From the NCBI GenBank assembly GCA_026197095.1, contig JAPHTF010000061.1, positions 5,418 through 69,417 on the forward strand: a stretch of 64,000 nt of DNA, in the 5' to 3' direction. Position numbers and translations under genes: made by a program. Positions 48,611 through 58,444 of this stretch are shown here, piece after piece. The notes beneath the pieces were generated by a model. That model was not told the origin of the DNA, did no database searches, and saw only the letters and a list, made by a program, of their open reading frames with translations. The DNA is from Gammaproteobacteria bacterium (GTDB lineage: Bacteria > Pseudomonadota > Gammaproteobacteria > UBA6429 > Thiohalophilaceae). Every line of letters begins with the position of its first letter. The first letter of the stretch is position 1.

Positions 48611-48979
48611 TTATTTTGTGTCATTGGAAGATGCTATTAACAAATCCATCATAAGATGTGAAGCACCCAGGTGGGGAGCAATTTTTATTTTAATATCCGG
48701 ATAATGTAACCTGGTATCATTCACGATATTTGGAATATCTTCAGTAACATGTCGCCCTGAGTTAAGAAAGTAAGGCAATACGACAATTGATTTTGCTCCA
48801 TCATCAACACATTTTTGTATGCCAGCGGGTATTAACGTTTCTGCTAGCTCTAAAAAAGCAGCATGAATAATTTCATAAGAATCTGAGCAGTTGCTTTTTA
48901 ACTTATCAGCCAATATGACTACTTCATCGTTCGATTGTTTTCGACGGCTGCCATGCGCAACCAGTAATAATGCTTTCAT
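48611..48979 (-). CDS. cbiX: CbiX-type (small) sirohydrochlorin chelatase
   Basis: LLVAHGSR N-terminus and VVLPYFLNSGRH. 122 aa. Confidence 0.7.
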   Translation of the reverse strand: MKALLLVAHGSRRKQSNDEVVILADKLKSNCSDSYEIIHAAFLELAETLIPAGIQKCVDDGAKSIVVLPYFLNSGRHVTEDIPNIVNDTRLHYPDIKIKIAPHLGASHLMMDLLIASSNDTK

Positions 48980-49050
48980 TTATAAACATCCTAAATATTT
49001 ATTTTGTCTTATAGGTTTCGGATTCATGTGCATGCATTCAAAAATGCGAG

Positions 49051-49281
49051 TCAACTATCATCTTTAGTTTCACAAGGGAATTTAGTATGGCCATAACGAA
49101 TTGCAAGAATAGCTACAGCAAGTATTAATACCTCAGCTGTAATACCCAGTATTCTTAATGTGTCTAAATTTTTCACATCAATAATCATATAACATTCAAT
49201 TGCTACCATGGCGATAATTAATAAATTAACATCTTCAACGATAACTAAAACTTTATACCCTGCATTTTTTATCATACTCAT
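49051..49281 (-). CDS. Possible small membrane protein
   Basis: ORF only, with two hydrophobic stretches. Confidence 0.3.
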   Translation of the reverse strand: MSMIKNAGYKVLVIVEDVNLLIIAMVAIECYMIIDVKNLDTLRILGITAEVLILAVAILAIRYGHTKFPCETKDDS

Positions 49282-49312
49282 GCAATTATTTTTATTCTCA
49301 TTTGTATCTAAT

Positions 49313-50635
49313 CTATAACAAGTGTGTGCAACGATTATCTGGTTTTACCAGTAACATATGTACATCACTTATTACCCGTTCGATAAATCCACCTTCGCAA
49401 TAGCAAAGGTAAAAATCCCACATTTTAAGAAATTCATCGCTATAGCCTAATTTTCTAATTTCAGAGAGATTATTCATGACATTTTTTCGCCAGTGATTAA
49501 GGGTGGTCGCATAATGGGGACCGATATCATGCAAGTTATATAGTCTTAAATCACTCGACTTTGTAAGCGCATTTTGCATTGCACTAATTGATGGTATACA
49601 GCTTCCAGGAAAAATATACCGTTTAATAAAATCGACTTCCTTTTTAGCTGCTTCATATTGCTGGTCGGCAATGGTTATTGCCTGTAACAACATCATGCCG
49701 GAAGGCTTTAATAACTCACTGCATTTATTAAAGTACATCTCATAGTATTCATGCCCAACAGCTTCTATCATTTCCACCGAAACGAGTTTGTTATATTGTC
49801 CAGTAAGATCACGATAATCTTCAAATAGCACCGTAATTTTATCAGCCAAACCTTCCTCTTCAATTCGTTCACAGGCAAGGTTGTACTGCTCACGTGAAAT
49901 CGTCGTGGTGGTTACATGACAGCCGTAATTTTTAGCCGCATAAATAGATAGCGCGCCCCAACCAGTTCCTATTTCAAGTAAAGTGTCATTTTCATTCAGG
50001 TCGAGTTTTTTACATATTTGCTCAAGTCTGTTTAGCTGTGCATCATGCAATGACATTTCAGCAGACTTGTAGATGGCTGACGAATACATCATGGTTTCAT
50101 CAAGCATAATTTTGAACAGGTCATTACCAATATCATAGTGCGCAGCAATATTTTTACGACTGCCTTGCTGGGTATTACGGTTAAACCAGTGAAGAACCTT
50201 CTGTATTGGTACCGTCAGGTTAGCCAGGCCACCTTCCACATCATCTAAAACATCTCTATTCATTATAAAAATTCTAATGAGATTGGTCAGATTTGATACT
50301 TCCCAGTAACCAGACATATAAGCTTCACTCGCGCCAATAGAGCCACCAAAAGTAATATCACCATAGAAACGAGAATCTTTCACATCAATGGTGGCAGATA
50401 AATCACATCGTTTTGTTTTTGAGCCAAACACCACCTGTGTTTCATTATCATTAATAATGAGCTCGCCGTCTTTTATTAATCTGAATTGTTTCAATAGAAT
50501 ACGTTTCGCAAGCCCATCAAGCATTCTTGGTTTTAAAGTAGAACCCGGTTTGATTTTGGCTCCAGGAGAAATTTGTGTATTAAAATTAGAGGTAGTTGCA
50601 GTCATATCATGTCGCCTAGCAGGCGCCTCCTTCAT
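49313..50635 (-). CDS. Cyclopropane-fatty-acyl-phospholipid synthase family methyltransferase
   Basis: SAM motif LLEIGTGWGAL and a CFA-synthase-like C-terminus. The start is uncertain (50635 or 50605). Confidence 0.85.
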   Translation of the reverse strand: MKEAPARRHDMTATTSNFNTQISPGAKIKPGSTLKPRMLDGLAKRILLKQFRLIKDGELIINDNETQVVFGSKTKRCDLSATIDVKDSRFYGDITFGGSIGASEAYMSGYWEVSNLTNLIRIFIMNRDVLDDVEGGLANLTVPIQKVLHWFNRNTQQGSRKNIAAHYDIGNDLFKIMLDETMMYSSAIYKSAEMSLHDAQLNRLEQICKKLDLNENDTLLEIGTGWGALSIYAAKNYGCHVTTTTISREQYNLACERIEEEGLADKITVLFEDYRDLTGQYNKLVSVEMIEAVGHEYYEMYFNKCSELLKPSGMMLLQAITIADQQYEAAKKEVDFIKRYIFPGSCIPSISAMQNALTKSSDLRLYNLHDIGPHYATTLNHWRKNVMNNLSEIRKLGYSDEFLKMWDFYLCYCEGGFIERVISDVHMLLVKPDNRCTHLL

Positions 50636-51383
50636 TATTTTCAGCTTTTTCTGGGTGTGTATAAAAAGGTGTACGTTTCAAATAAAGCCGGAATGCTTGC
50701 CAATATATTCCAGTAACAACTTTTATTGTTATTAACGGAAACATAATTAATGCCCTGGCGCAGGTTGAAAAAGAAATTTCCTTGCGCTGTAACCGTAACG
50801 TCGCATCAAATATTTTTTCACTCTTTTCAGTATTTATCATGTGAACATTCAGCAAGTCTTCAGGTTTTGTAAAGCGCCAGTCATAACTCATATTCATATG
50901 CATAAAAGGAGAGACGTGAAAGATCTTATTAAACTGAAAATGTAATTTTTTATCTGACGAGTTGGAATTCAATACATAACTATGACGTTCTTTCCAGGGT
51001 GTATTTGTTATTTCAGCAACAATTGTTTCTACATTTTCCCCGGCCTTATCAAAACAGTAATAAAATGTAACCGGGTTGAAGATATGGCCAAAATAACGCA
51101 GATGTGTCAGAACACGCACAGGGCCTTTTGTAATTTCACCTGTTTCTTTTTTTACTATGCAGTTTACTGCTTCCTTAATCGAAACAGAGGGGTCACCAAT
51201 ATAATCTTCGCGTTTAAAACGTGCTAAAGCAGGTGACTTTGTTGACCAGAGCCAGCGTTTATTAAACACAACATCGAGCTCATCCAGATCCAGGTAGAGC
51301 AAAAACAAGTTATAATTAAACTCGTGTGCTGATGGGGAAAAACGACGATGTCTAACCTGCCCTTCGTAAATACAGCTTTTCAT
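50616..51383 (-). CDS. DUF1365 family protein
   Basis: MKSCIYEGQVRHRRFSP N-terminus, typical of DUF1365. Sits between the FAD oxidoreductase and the CFA synthase. Confidence 0.75.
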   Translation of the reverse strand: MKSCIYEGQVRHRRFSPSAHEFNYNLFLLYLDLDELDVVFNKRWLWSTKSPALARFKREDYIGDPSVSIKEAVNCIVKKETGEITKGPVRVLTHLRYFGHIFNPVTFYYCFDKAGENVETIVAEITNTPWKERHSYVLNSNSSDKKLHFQFNKIFHVSPFMHMNMSYDWRFTKPEDLLNVHMINTEKSEKIFDATLRLQRKEISFSTCARALIMFPLITIKVVTGIYWQAFRLYLKRTPFYTHPEKAENNEGGAC

Positions 51384-52626
51384 CTGTGCCCTCCTCAAAA
51401 TGCTCTAATGCCTGTAACGCACTCCATACACCATCTTCATGGAAACCAAAGCGCCAATACGCACCACAAAAATAGGTATGGTTTACCCCATTAATCTCCT
51501 TTTGCTTTTTCTGTGCATCGACTGCATCAGGGGTAAATATAGGATGTTCATATGTTATCTTCTTTAGTATTTTTTCAGGGGCAATTGCTTTTTCATTATT
51601 TAGCGTCACACAGAACTGCTTATCTGATTTGATTGATTGCAGGATATTCATACTGTATGTCAGCGCGACCCTGTTCTGGCTATCTTTCAAAATATGATAA
51701 TTCCATGCCGCCCAGGCTAATTTCTTTTTCGGTAAAATAGAATCATCGGTATGCAAGATCGCTTCATTTTCCTGGTATAAAATAGAACCTAGCACTTCTT
51801 GCTCAAGCTCAGTTTTATCCTCGAATAGTTTTAATGCCTGATCACTATGAGTTGCCACAAAAATTTTATCGAAATACTGTTTATGACCATTTATTAGCGT
51901 TATTTCTACCCCATCAATCAGGCGTTTGATTGATTTCACACCTGAGCCAAGATGAATTTTATCTGCAAAGGATGCCGTTAATTTTTTAACATACTCTCTT
52001 GAACCACCTTTAATCACGTACCATGTCGGCCTGTCATCAATATTTAACATGCCATGGTTATAGAAAAAGCGGATAAAAAATCCCGCGGGAAAACTCATCA
52101 TTTGTTCAGGATCAGCCGACCAAACCGCAGCTCCCATCGGTACCAGGTAATTCTCGATAAACTGTTTGCTATAATTTCTATCGTATAAAAATTTTCCCAG
52201 CGGCACACCAGCATTACCCGCATTCAATTCCTCAACAGATTCTTTATTAAAGCGAATAATGTCTTTAATCATTCGATAAAAACTGGGTTTAAATAAGTTT
52301 AATCTTTGAGAAAACAGAGAATTTAATGTTGTTCCATTATATTCCAGCCCCGTTTTTTCACATTTAACGCTGAAACTCATATTCGAAGGTTGTACCTCCA
52401 CGCCAAGTTCTTTTAGCAAAGCAGTAAAATGAGGATATGTTTTGTAATTAAAAACGATAAAACCTGTGTCTACAGCGTAGTTCTGATTATCCGCCTCTAT
52501 ATCATGAGTATGCGTGTGCCCGCCAATATAGTTATTCACTTCAAACACGGTAATATCATGTTTTTTGTTCAAGTGATATGCAGCAACATTGCCCGCAATA
52601 CCTGTTCCTATAACAGCTATTCTCAT
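51352..52626 (-). CDS. FAD-dependent oxidoreductase (amine-oxidase / phytoene-desaturase-like)
   Basis: Dinucleotide-binding N-terminus MRIAVIGTGIAGNVAAY. 424 aa. Confidence 0.8.
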   Translation of the reverse strand: MRIAVIGTGIAGNVAAYHLNKKHDITVFEVNNYIGGHTHTHDIEADNQNYAVDTGFIVFNYKTYPHFTALLKELGVEVQPSNMSFSVKCEKTGLEYNGTTLNSLFSQRLNLFKPSFYRMIKDIIRFNKESVEELNAGNAGVPLGKFLYDRNYSKQFIENYLVPMGAAVWSADPEQMMSFPAGFFIRFFYNHGMLNIDDRPTWYVIKGGSREYVKKLTASFADKIHLGSGVKSIKRLIDGVEITLINGHKQYFDKIFVATHSDQALKLFEDKTELEQEVLGSILYQENEAILHTDDSILPKKKLAWAAWNYHILKDSQNRVALTYSMNILQSIKSDKQFCVTLNNEKAIAPEKILKKITYEHPIFTPDAVDAQKKQKEINGVNHTYFCGAYWRFGFHEDGVWSALQALEHFEEGTDEKLYLRRAG

Positions 52627-53573
52627 CTTGACGCCTCCTGAGTAATTAATTCTTTTCTGACGTATTCAGGTATTGGACGTAACTCCCAAATCAAGCCCAA
52701 CTTTTCTAATACTTTAAGAAGGTAATAGCTGATATCAATTTCCCACCAGGTAAATCCCTGTCGTGCTGAACCAGAATAGTAATGATGATTGTTATGCCAA
52801 CCTTCACCAAATGTAATTAAAGCTAGCAACCAGTTGTTTCGACTATCATCTTTTGTTTTAAAGCGGCGTTTACCAATGGTATGTGCAAGAGAATTAATGG
52901 TGAACGTAATGTGATAAAGCACTAATGTTGAAATGACAAAACCCCAGACAAACATCTGTAGTCCATTTGTTCCCATATCAGGATATGCATATGCCAGAAA
53001 TTCGCCCAGAACATAAAGTAAGGTACCCAGTATTACTGGTACCAGGACATCAAACCTGTCAATAAACTTAAGCTCAGGATATTTTGCAAAATCTTTGATT
53101 TTATCCAGTTGTGCTGAGAAGTTATGTTTAGCTAAAAACCAGCCCATGTGACTCCAGATAATCCCATGTTTTTTTGGAGAATGTTCATCAACTTCCTTGT
53201 CTGAATTTATGTGATGCAGGCGATGATGAGATGCCCACCATAATGGACCGCGCTGAGCTGCCCCTGCGCCTATTAATGCAAAGATAAACTGAACCAGGCG
53301 CGATGTTTTAAATGCCTTGTGTGAAAAGTATCGATGATAAAAACCTGTAATCGCAAACATTCGTATAGCATACATAAAAACTGCAACAGCAATTGCAACT
53401 GGACTCCAGCCGACAATAAACACTAACAGGACTGACAGATGCAATATGACAAAAGGAAGTGCTCTAAGCCAATCAATCTTTTTTGAGAATTTGGCGTTGG
53501 CAATATCAGCGTTTTCATAAGCATCAAACCAGCGAATAAATGTATTAAATGATAAGGTGTTTTTAGCAGACAT
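52623..53573 (-). CDS. Acyl-CoA/acyl-lipid desaturase (membrane di-iron)
   Basis: His boxes HRYFSH, HRLHH and HNNHH. Confidence 0.85.
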   Translation of the reverse strand: MSAKNTLSFNTFIRWFDAYENADIANAKFSKKIDWLRALPFVILHLSVLLVFIVGWSPVAIAVAVFMYAIRMFAITGFYHRYFSHKAFKTSRLVQFIFALIGAGAAQRGPLWWASHHRLHHINSDKEVDEHSPKKHGIIWSHMGWFLAKHNFSAQLDKIKDFAKYPELKFIDRFDVLVPVILGTLLYVLGEFLAYAYPDMGTNGLQMFVWGFVISTLVLYHITFTINSLAHTIGKRRFKTKDDSRNNWLLALITFGEGWHNNHHYYSGSARQGFTWWEIDISYYLLKVLEKLGLIWELRPIPEYVRKELITQEASR

Positions 53574-53577
53574 GGTT

Positions 53578-54105
53578 TTATCGCTCGTTTAAGGCTTGTT
53601 GAGGTACACGTTCAAGCTTAGTTACATCATAATCCTGGCTCTTTATTATCTTTACCAACTCTTGGTATTCGTCATCACTTATTGATGGAGCCCTTGACAT
53701 AACCCAAACGTAATCACGTTTAATCCGTCCAATAATTGTATTTTTATAATCTTTATCTACATATAAAATTCTGTAATCAGATTTAAATGGCCACAAAAAT
53801 TGCATTTTCCAAATCGCGTTACTTTTGTCTTCAGTCACAAAACCCGTTGGACGATATGTTTTCTTTTCCCCGTTAAAACCATCTTCATTAAAGGTGAATG
53901 TTGTAGCGATCGAGCCGTCTTTATTCATGGCATATGACTCAACTGCATTGTGCGCACCTTCCTCTATAAAGGTAGGAATATTTGCTATCACATACCAGTC
54001 ACCCATAAAACGCTTAAGGTCAACATACTTTTCCACTTTGATTGGCGCATAACTTGAACAACCAAGAAGAGAAACAAAACCTAAAAACAATAATGCTTTT
54101 TTCAT
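53578..54105 (-). CDS. blc: Bacterial lipocalin (Blc-like lipoprotein)
   Basis: Lipobox LLGCSS and the lipocalin motif FMGDWYVIA. Confidence 0.8.
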   Translation of the reverse strand: MKKALLFLGFVSLLGCSSYAPIKVEKYVDLKRFMGDWYVIANIPTFIEEGAHNAVESYAMNKDGSIATTFTFNEDGFNGEKKTYRPTGFVTEDKSNAIWKMQFLWPFKSDYRILYVDKDYKNTIIGRIKRDYVWVMSRAPSISDDEYQELVKIIKSQDYDVTKLERVPQQALNER

Positions 54106-54114
54106 AATAACCTC

Positions 54115-54750
54115 TTACTTAATCTGGTAACGTAATTTAGTCCCGTCTTGAGTGGTTGAATGCAATGCTACCCATTCATCTTTATCCGAATACCACAAGT
54201 CGATATCAAACTCGTCTGTTTTAACTTCATATCTTTTCGTATCAATAATTTCATTTCGCACTAATAATTTCTCATTGGCCACAAAACTTATATCAACATC
54301 AACATATTCACCTGTCTGTGAATTCAGCAAAGCTTCACTATCCAGAAATTCTTTATCCCAGTAGGAAAATGTCTTCACGCAACCATCAACTTCTTCGTAA
54401 CCCAGGTTTGACTTGATTTTAAAGGTGCCTTTATCATCGGCACCTTCTACCAAAAAATTTCTACCATCATCTGACGTCGATGACTCTATAGAGTTAAGAC
54501 ATGAATCTTTCCAGATCTCTATATTTTTGTGTTTGTAGCTATAAACATTAATAAAAAATATATTCACATTAAAATCAGCTTTGATTTCGACTTTTTTATT
54601 GTCATCATTTTCAACTACATTAAAATGATGCTCACCAATTACAGTATCACCATAAAAAACTTTAAATTCCCATGACTCCACTGCATATGCATGCTGAACC
54701 AAGATAGTCAGACAAAGAGCAAAGATTGATATGTGTTTGTGCACTTTCAT
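54115..54750 (-). CDS. Hypothetical secreted protein
   Basis: Signal peptide. Beta-rich ORF embedded in the lipid-modification operon. Confidence 0.5.
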   Translation of the reverse strand: MKVHKHISIFALCLTILVQHAYAVESWEFKVFYGDTVIGEHHFNVVENDDNKKVEIKADFNVNIFFINVYSYKHKNIEIWKDSCLNSIESSTSDDGRNFLVEGADDKGTFKIKSNLGYEEVDGCVKTFSYWDKEFLDSEALLNSQTGEYVDVDISFVANEKLLVRNEIIDTKRYEVKTDEFDIDLWYSDKDEWVALHSTTQDGTKLRYQIK

Positions 54751-54760
54751 ATAAACCTCT

Positions 54761-55540
54761 TTACGATCTCACTCTGCCCGGGAAAAAAGCGTTCGTTTTA
54801 TCAATATATTCCTGATAATCAGGTCTTCTTTTTACGATGGTTTCTTCAAGCATTACCACTCCAGAAAACTTTAATAACAACCAGGATATTAATAACGGCG
54901 AAACAATAATCCACCACGGTCCTGAGCTAAAGGCATAGAGATAGAATCCCCACCAGATCAAAAACTCACCAAAATAATTGGGGTGACGGCTATTACGCCA
55001 AAGCCCTGTATTCATAACCTTGTTTTGATTGCTGTTATCTGATTTGAATTTTGCAAGCTGCCAGTCGGCGACTGATTCATAGGTGAAGCCAGCAAGCCAA
55101 ATTAATATGGCTGCATACTCGATGATGCCTAAATTTACTGGCTCACTTTTTATTCCAAGAACGGAAACGATTGGCAAAGAAATAACAGCCGCTAATATTG
55201 CCTGGAATACAAAAATTATGAATAAACTTTTAACTCCAAAATTAGGAGAATACTTTTTACGAATATCCTGGTAACGCCTGTCTTCTGGCTCACCCCAGTT
55301 TCGCCATGTTAAATGTGTTGCTAACCGAAGTGCCCAGAGAACAACTAATATAAAAAAGATATTTTCTTTGAGATTAATTAACTCAAGACTAAGGTAGTAA
55401 TAAATTGCGGAGGCTAAGAACATCAATGACCACGCACTATCAACAATACTGACATCCTTTAAAAACAAACTCAGCAGCCAGGCAAATATTGCGACTAAAA
55501 GAATAACCACTACACCGTCAACATAGAGTGACCAGTTCAT
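54761..55540 (-). CDS. DUF1295 (steroid-5-alpha-reductase/ICMT-like) membrane protein
   Basis: Multi-TM protein with C-terminal GLWRNSRHPNYFGEFLIWWG. Confidence 0.75.
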   Translation of the reverse strand: MNWSLYVDGVVVILLVAIFAWLLSLFLKDVSIVDSAWSLMFLASAIYYYLSLELINLKENIFFILVVLWALRLATHLTWRNWGEPEDRRYQDIRKKYSPNFGVKSLFIIFVFQAILAAVISLPIVSVLGIKSEPVNLGIIEYAAILIWLAGFTYESVADWQLAKFKSDNSNQNKVMNTGLWRNSRHPNYFGEFLIWWGFYLYAFSSGPWWIIVSPLLISWLLLKFSGVVMLEETIVKRRPDYQEYIDKTNAFFPGRVRS

Positions 55541-56088
55541 ATGACTTCTCCTTTCACTTCTCCATTAAGATTCCTCGCAGGAGACAAATTACCTTTTGAT
55601 ATTTTTAGCAATAAAGGTGTAAATATTGCCCATCCAATCGACAAAGATATAAGTGAATTCATTACGTTATTAAATTCTACGGCACCCAGTTTGACTCCAG
55701 CATAATAGGCAAGCGGTCCTGCAACCGCGCCAAAAATTGCGGCTAACAACACCTTTCCTTTTAACCAACTCATAGAAAAGTTTAATGTTGTGGCAAACAG
55801 AGCCCACATTAAAACTATCCAGTATGGAGCCAGAAAACTGAACACCATTCCTGATTGATAAGTTATCCACCCCATTGATACGATCAAGCTATCCCAAACC
55901 AGTCCTATTACCATTGCAATTGCAATAATCCTTAATTCCTCTTTATATTGTTTCGATATAAAGAGATGAATACTGATAATTATCACAGCTGCTATTGCAC
56001 CAAGCATCGGTTGATTACTTGCGGCAGATAATACGCAAGCAAACCAACCAAGCTGGAATAAAACAATATTAAGAATCATGTAATTCAT
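55537..56088 (-). CDS. DUF2878-like membrane protein
   Basis: Small multi-TM ORF in the position usually held by DUF2878 in this conserved cluster. Confidence 0.55.
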   Translation of the reverse strand: MNYMILNIVLFQLGWFACVLSAASNQPMLGAIAAVIIISIHLFISKQYKEELRIIAIAMVIGLVWDSLIVSMGWITYQSGMVFSFLAPYWIVLMWALFATTLNFSMSWLKGKVLLAAIFGAVAGPLAYYAGVKLGAVEFNNVMNSLISLSIGWAIFTPLLLKISKGNLSPARNLNGEVKGEVI

Positions 56089-56103
56089 TTTTTTAATACC
56101 TGA

Positions 56104-57147
56104 CTATTTCTGGAAGAGATAGTGACTTACCCACCATTCTTGTCCTTTGTTGTAGCCAAACAACTCGGCACAGGCCATAAAAAACATGCGCCATCTTGAC
56201 CACCACATTTGTGCATTTGAATGGCCATATATATTTTTAAACAAAGGAAATAAAGTCTCTTTGTTGTTATCCATGTTTTGTAACCAGGCGTTGGCTGTTT
56301 TTTCATAATGCCTTCCATCCCAACGCCAACGTTGAACAAAGCTAAGATCTTTTTGAAATACTAAGGGCAGGTCATCACTCGGCATTATGCCGCCACTGAA
56401 AAAATATCGACTCATCCAGTCGCTTGGACCATTGTCTGCAAATTCATAGGTTGATGTTTTGTGAACAAATATGTGCTTAAAGAAATAGCCGCCGGGCTTT
56501 AACCAACGTGACACATTGGAATAGAGTTTTTCCCAGTTACGCATGTGTTCAAACATTTCGACAGATACAACACGATCAAATCTGTTTTCTTCAATCTCGA
56601 AATCATTCATGTCACATGTTATTAAGTTTATATTATTGAAACTCTGTAGTTTTGCTTGCTCTTTTATATAGTCACGTTGTGAATGGGAATTTGAAACAGC
56701 TGTAATTATTGAATTGGGATAATGCTCAGCCATCCATAATGTTAATGAACCCCAGCCACATCCTAATTCCAGAATTTCCTGACCATCTTCTAACTTTGCA
56801 TGCTCACAGGTTTTTGCCAGTCCCTGCTTTTCTGCTTCGTCTAGAGTTGTCACACCTTTTGGCCAGTAAGCGCTGCTATATTTTTTCCGTGCACCGAGAG
56901 CTTTATTATAAAAATTGGCTGGCACTTCATAATGCTGTTCGTTTGCTTTTTCAGGTACCAGGGCGATTGCAGATTCTTTCATCTGCTGAATAAACTGGTT
57001 TTGTAAATCAGCCATTGTTTCTACATCAGAACTGCTTATTTCTTTCAAACGTTGCTTTAGTAGCAGGCGTATTCCACGACGCAATACAATATCTGGCATG
57101 ATGCCTTGCTCCGTTAAATCAAATGCAAGCTGGCTAACAGAATTCAT
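56104..57147 (-). CDS. Second CFA-synthase-family SAM-dependent methyltransferase
   Basis: SAM motif ILELGCGWGSL. 347 aa. Confidence 0.8.
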   Translation of the reverse strand: MNSVSQLAFDLTEQGIMPDIVLRRGIRLLLKQRLKEISSSDVETMADLQNQFIQQMKESAIALVPEKANEQHYEVPANFYNKALGARKKYSSAYWPKGVTTLDEAEKQGLAKTCEHAKLEDGQEILELGCGWGSLTLWMAEHYPNSIITAVSNSHSQRDYIKEQAKLQSFNNINLITCDMNDFEIEENRFDRVVSVEMFEHMRNWEKLYSNVSRWLKPGGYFFKHIFVHKTSTYEFADNGPSDWMSRYFFSGGIMPSDDLPLVFQKDLSFVQRWRWDGRHYEKTANAWLQNMDNNKETLFPLFKNIYGHSNAQMWWSRWRMFFMACAELFGYNKGQEWWVSHYLFQK

Positions 57148-57369
57148 ATTTATTACTCCAAAATTTAGTATTTATGCTCATATTTTCGTTTCTACGTTCA
57201 ATAAATGAGTCATTGATCTAACTTTCATGTACAAGAAAAGCTTATTTAAAGCAGATGTTAAAAACCTTCGACTTTCAACTTATTTCAATAAATTCAGTAA
57301 CTTAGTATTAGCAAGAAACGGCTATAACCCACTAAAGTACTCAAGTTAAATAAATCTTAGACGTAAAAC

Positions 57370-57397
57370 TTGTACAAGTCAAATAATGTTGTACAAT
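57370..57397 (+). promoter_or_regulatory. Duplicated palindrome TTGTACAA-N11-TTGTACAA doubling as a candidate -35 (TTGTAC) / -10 (TACAAT) promoter
   Basis: Read directly. 16-nt spacer. The -10 element ends 6 nt before the ATG of the MerR-family gene. Confidence 0.35.
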
Positions 57398-57403
57398 TGA
57401 TTT

Positions 57404-58387
57404 ATGAAGAAATTAAATCTCAGTAATAATCGAGTCCAAAATACAGAAAAATCTCTGGATTCAGACTTGTTTCCTATCCGGGTCTTATCCGAACAAACGA
57501 CAGTAGGAACCTCAACACTCAGGGCATGGGAAAGACGCTATGGATTATTGAAACCTGAACGAACACCTAAAGGGCATCGCCTGTATAGTCAGGAGGATGT
57601 AAAGCGCGTAAATAAGATTCTTGATCTGCTCGATGACGGACACTCTCTTCCTGCCATTACGGATATGTTATCGGCTAACCAGAATGATGAGGGTGATGCC
57701 GCCAGGACAGCAGAAAAGTTACTGACTGAAGGTAGCTACTCTGTGTGGACAGAGTTTGTCGAAACTACACTTAGCGCAACGCGAGATTTTAATATTGAAA
57801 GAATGGATGAAGCCTACAACGAAGCAACCTCACTTTATCCTGTAGATCTGGTCATCGCCCGTTTAATCCAGCCTGTTCTCGATAACCTGGGAACAGGCTG
57901 GATTGAGCATCCTGAAAGCGGTATTGCTGAAGAGCATTTTTATACGTCATGGGTAAAAAACAGGATTGGCGCGCGGTTTCACCATAGTTATTCTCACGCT
58001 AAAGGAAGTCGAATTATTTGTGCCTGTCTGCCGGGTTCTTTCCACGAAGTCGGGTTAATGTTGTTTGCACTATCGGCATTGTCACGAGGTTATCGTGTAT
58101 TATATTTTGGCGCTGATTTGCCACTTAACCAACTCAGTTACATAGCACAACGTTCTGCGGCAAAAGCTATTGTTCTCGGTGCACATATGCAATTAGATAA
58201 AAATATCAATTCTGAATTGGTATCTCTTATATCTGATATTGATACGCCTGTGTTTATTGGTGGATATGATGAAAATATTGATTCAGATGCAGTGCAGGCC
58301 AATGGTGGGATATTACTGGGTTCAAATATACCTGTTGCTTTGCGTATATTTGAAAACCATTTAAAGGCGTATCCTACAACTGCATAA
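57404..58387 (+). CDS. MerR-family regulator with a C-terminal cobalamin-binding-like domain (LitR/CarH-like)
   Basis: MerR HTH (TSTLRAWERRYGLLKPERTPKGHRLYS) and a B12-domain-like segment CLPGSFHEVGLMLFALSALSRGYRVLYFGADLP. Confidence 0.75.
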   Translation: MKKLNLSNNRVQNTEKSLDSDLFPIRVLSEQTTVGTSTLRAWERRYGLLKPERTPKGHRLYSQEDVKRVNKILDLLDDGHSLPAITDMLSANQNDEGDAARTAEKLLTEGSYSVWTEFVETTLSATRDFNIERMDEAYNEATSLYPVDLVIARLIQPVLDNLGTGWIEHPESGIAEEHFYTSWVKNRIGARFHHSYSHAKGSRIICACLPGSFHEVGLMLFALSALSRGYRVLYFGADLPLNQLSYIAQRSAAKAIVLGAHMQLDKNINSELVSLISDIDTPVFIGGYDENIDSDAVQANGGILLGSNIPVALRIFENHLKAYPTTA

Positions 58388-58444
58388 GAATCTTTAATCT
58401 TTATGAAATAATAAAAGTCATTATAAAATATGTTTTAAAATATC

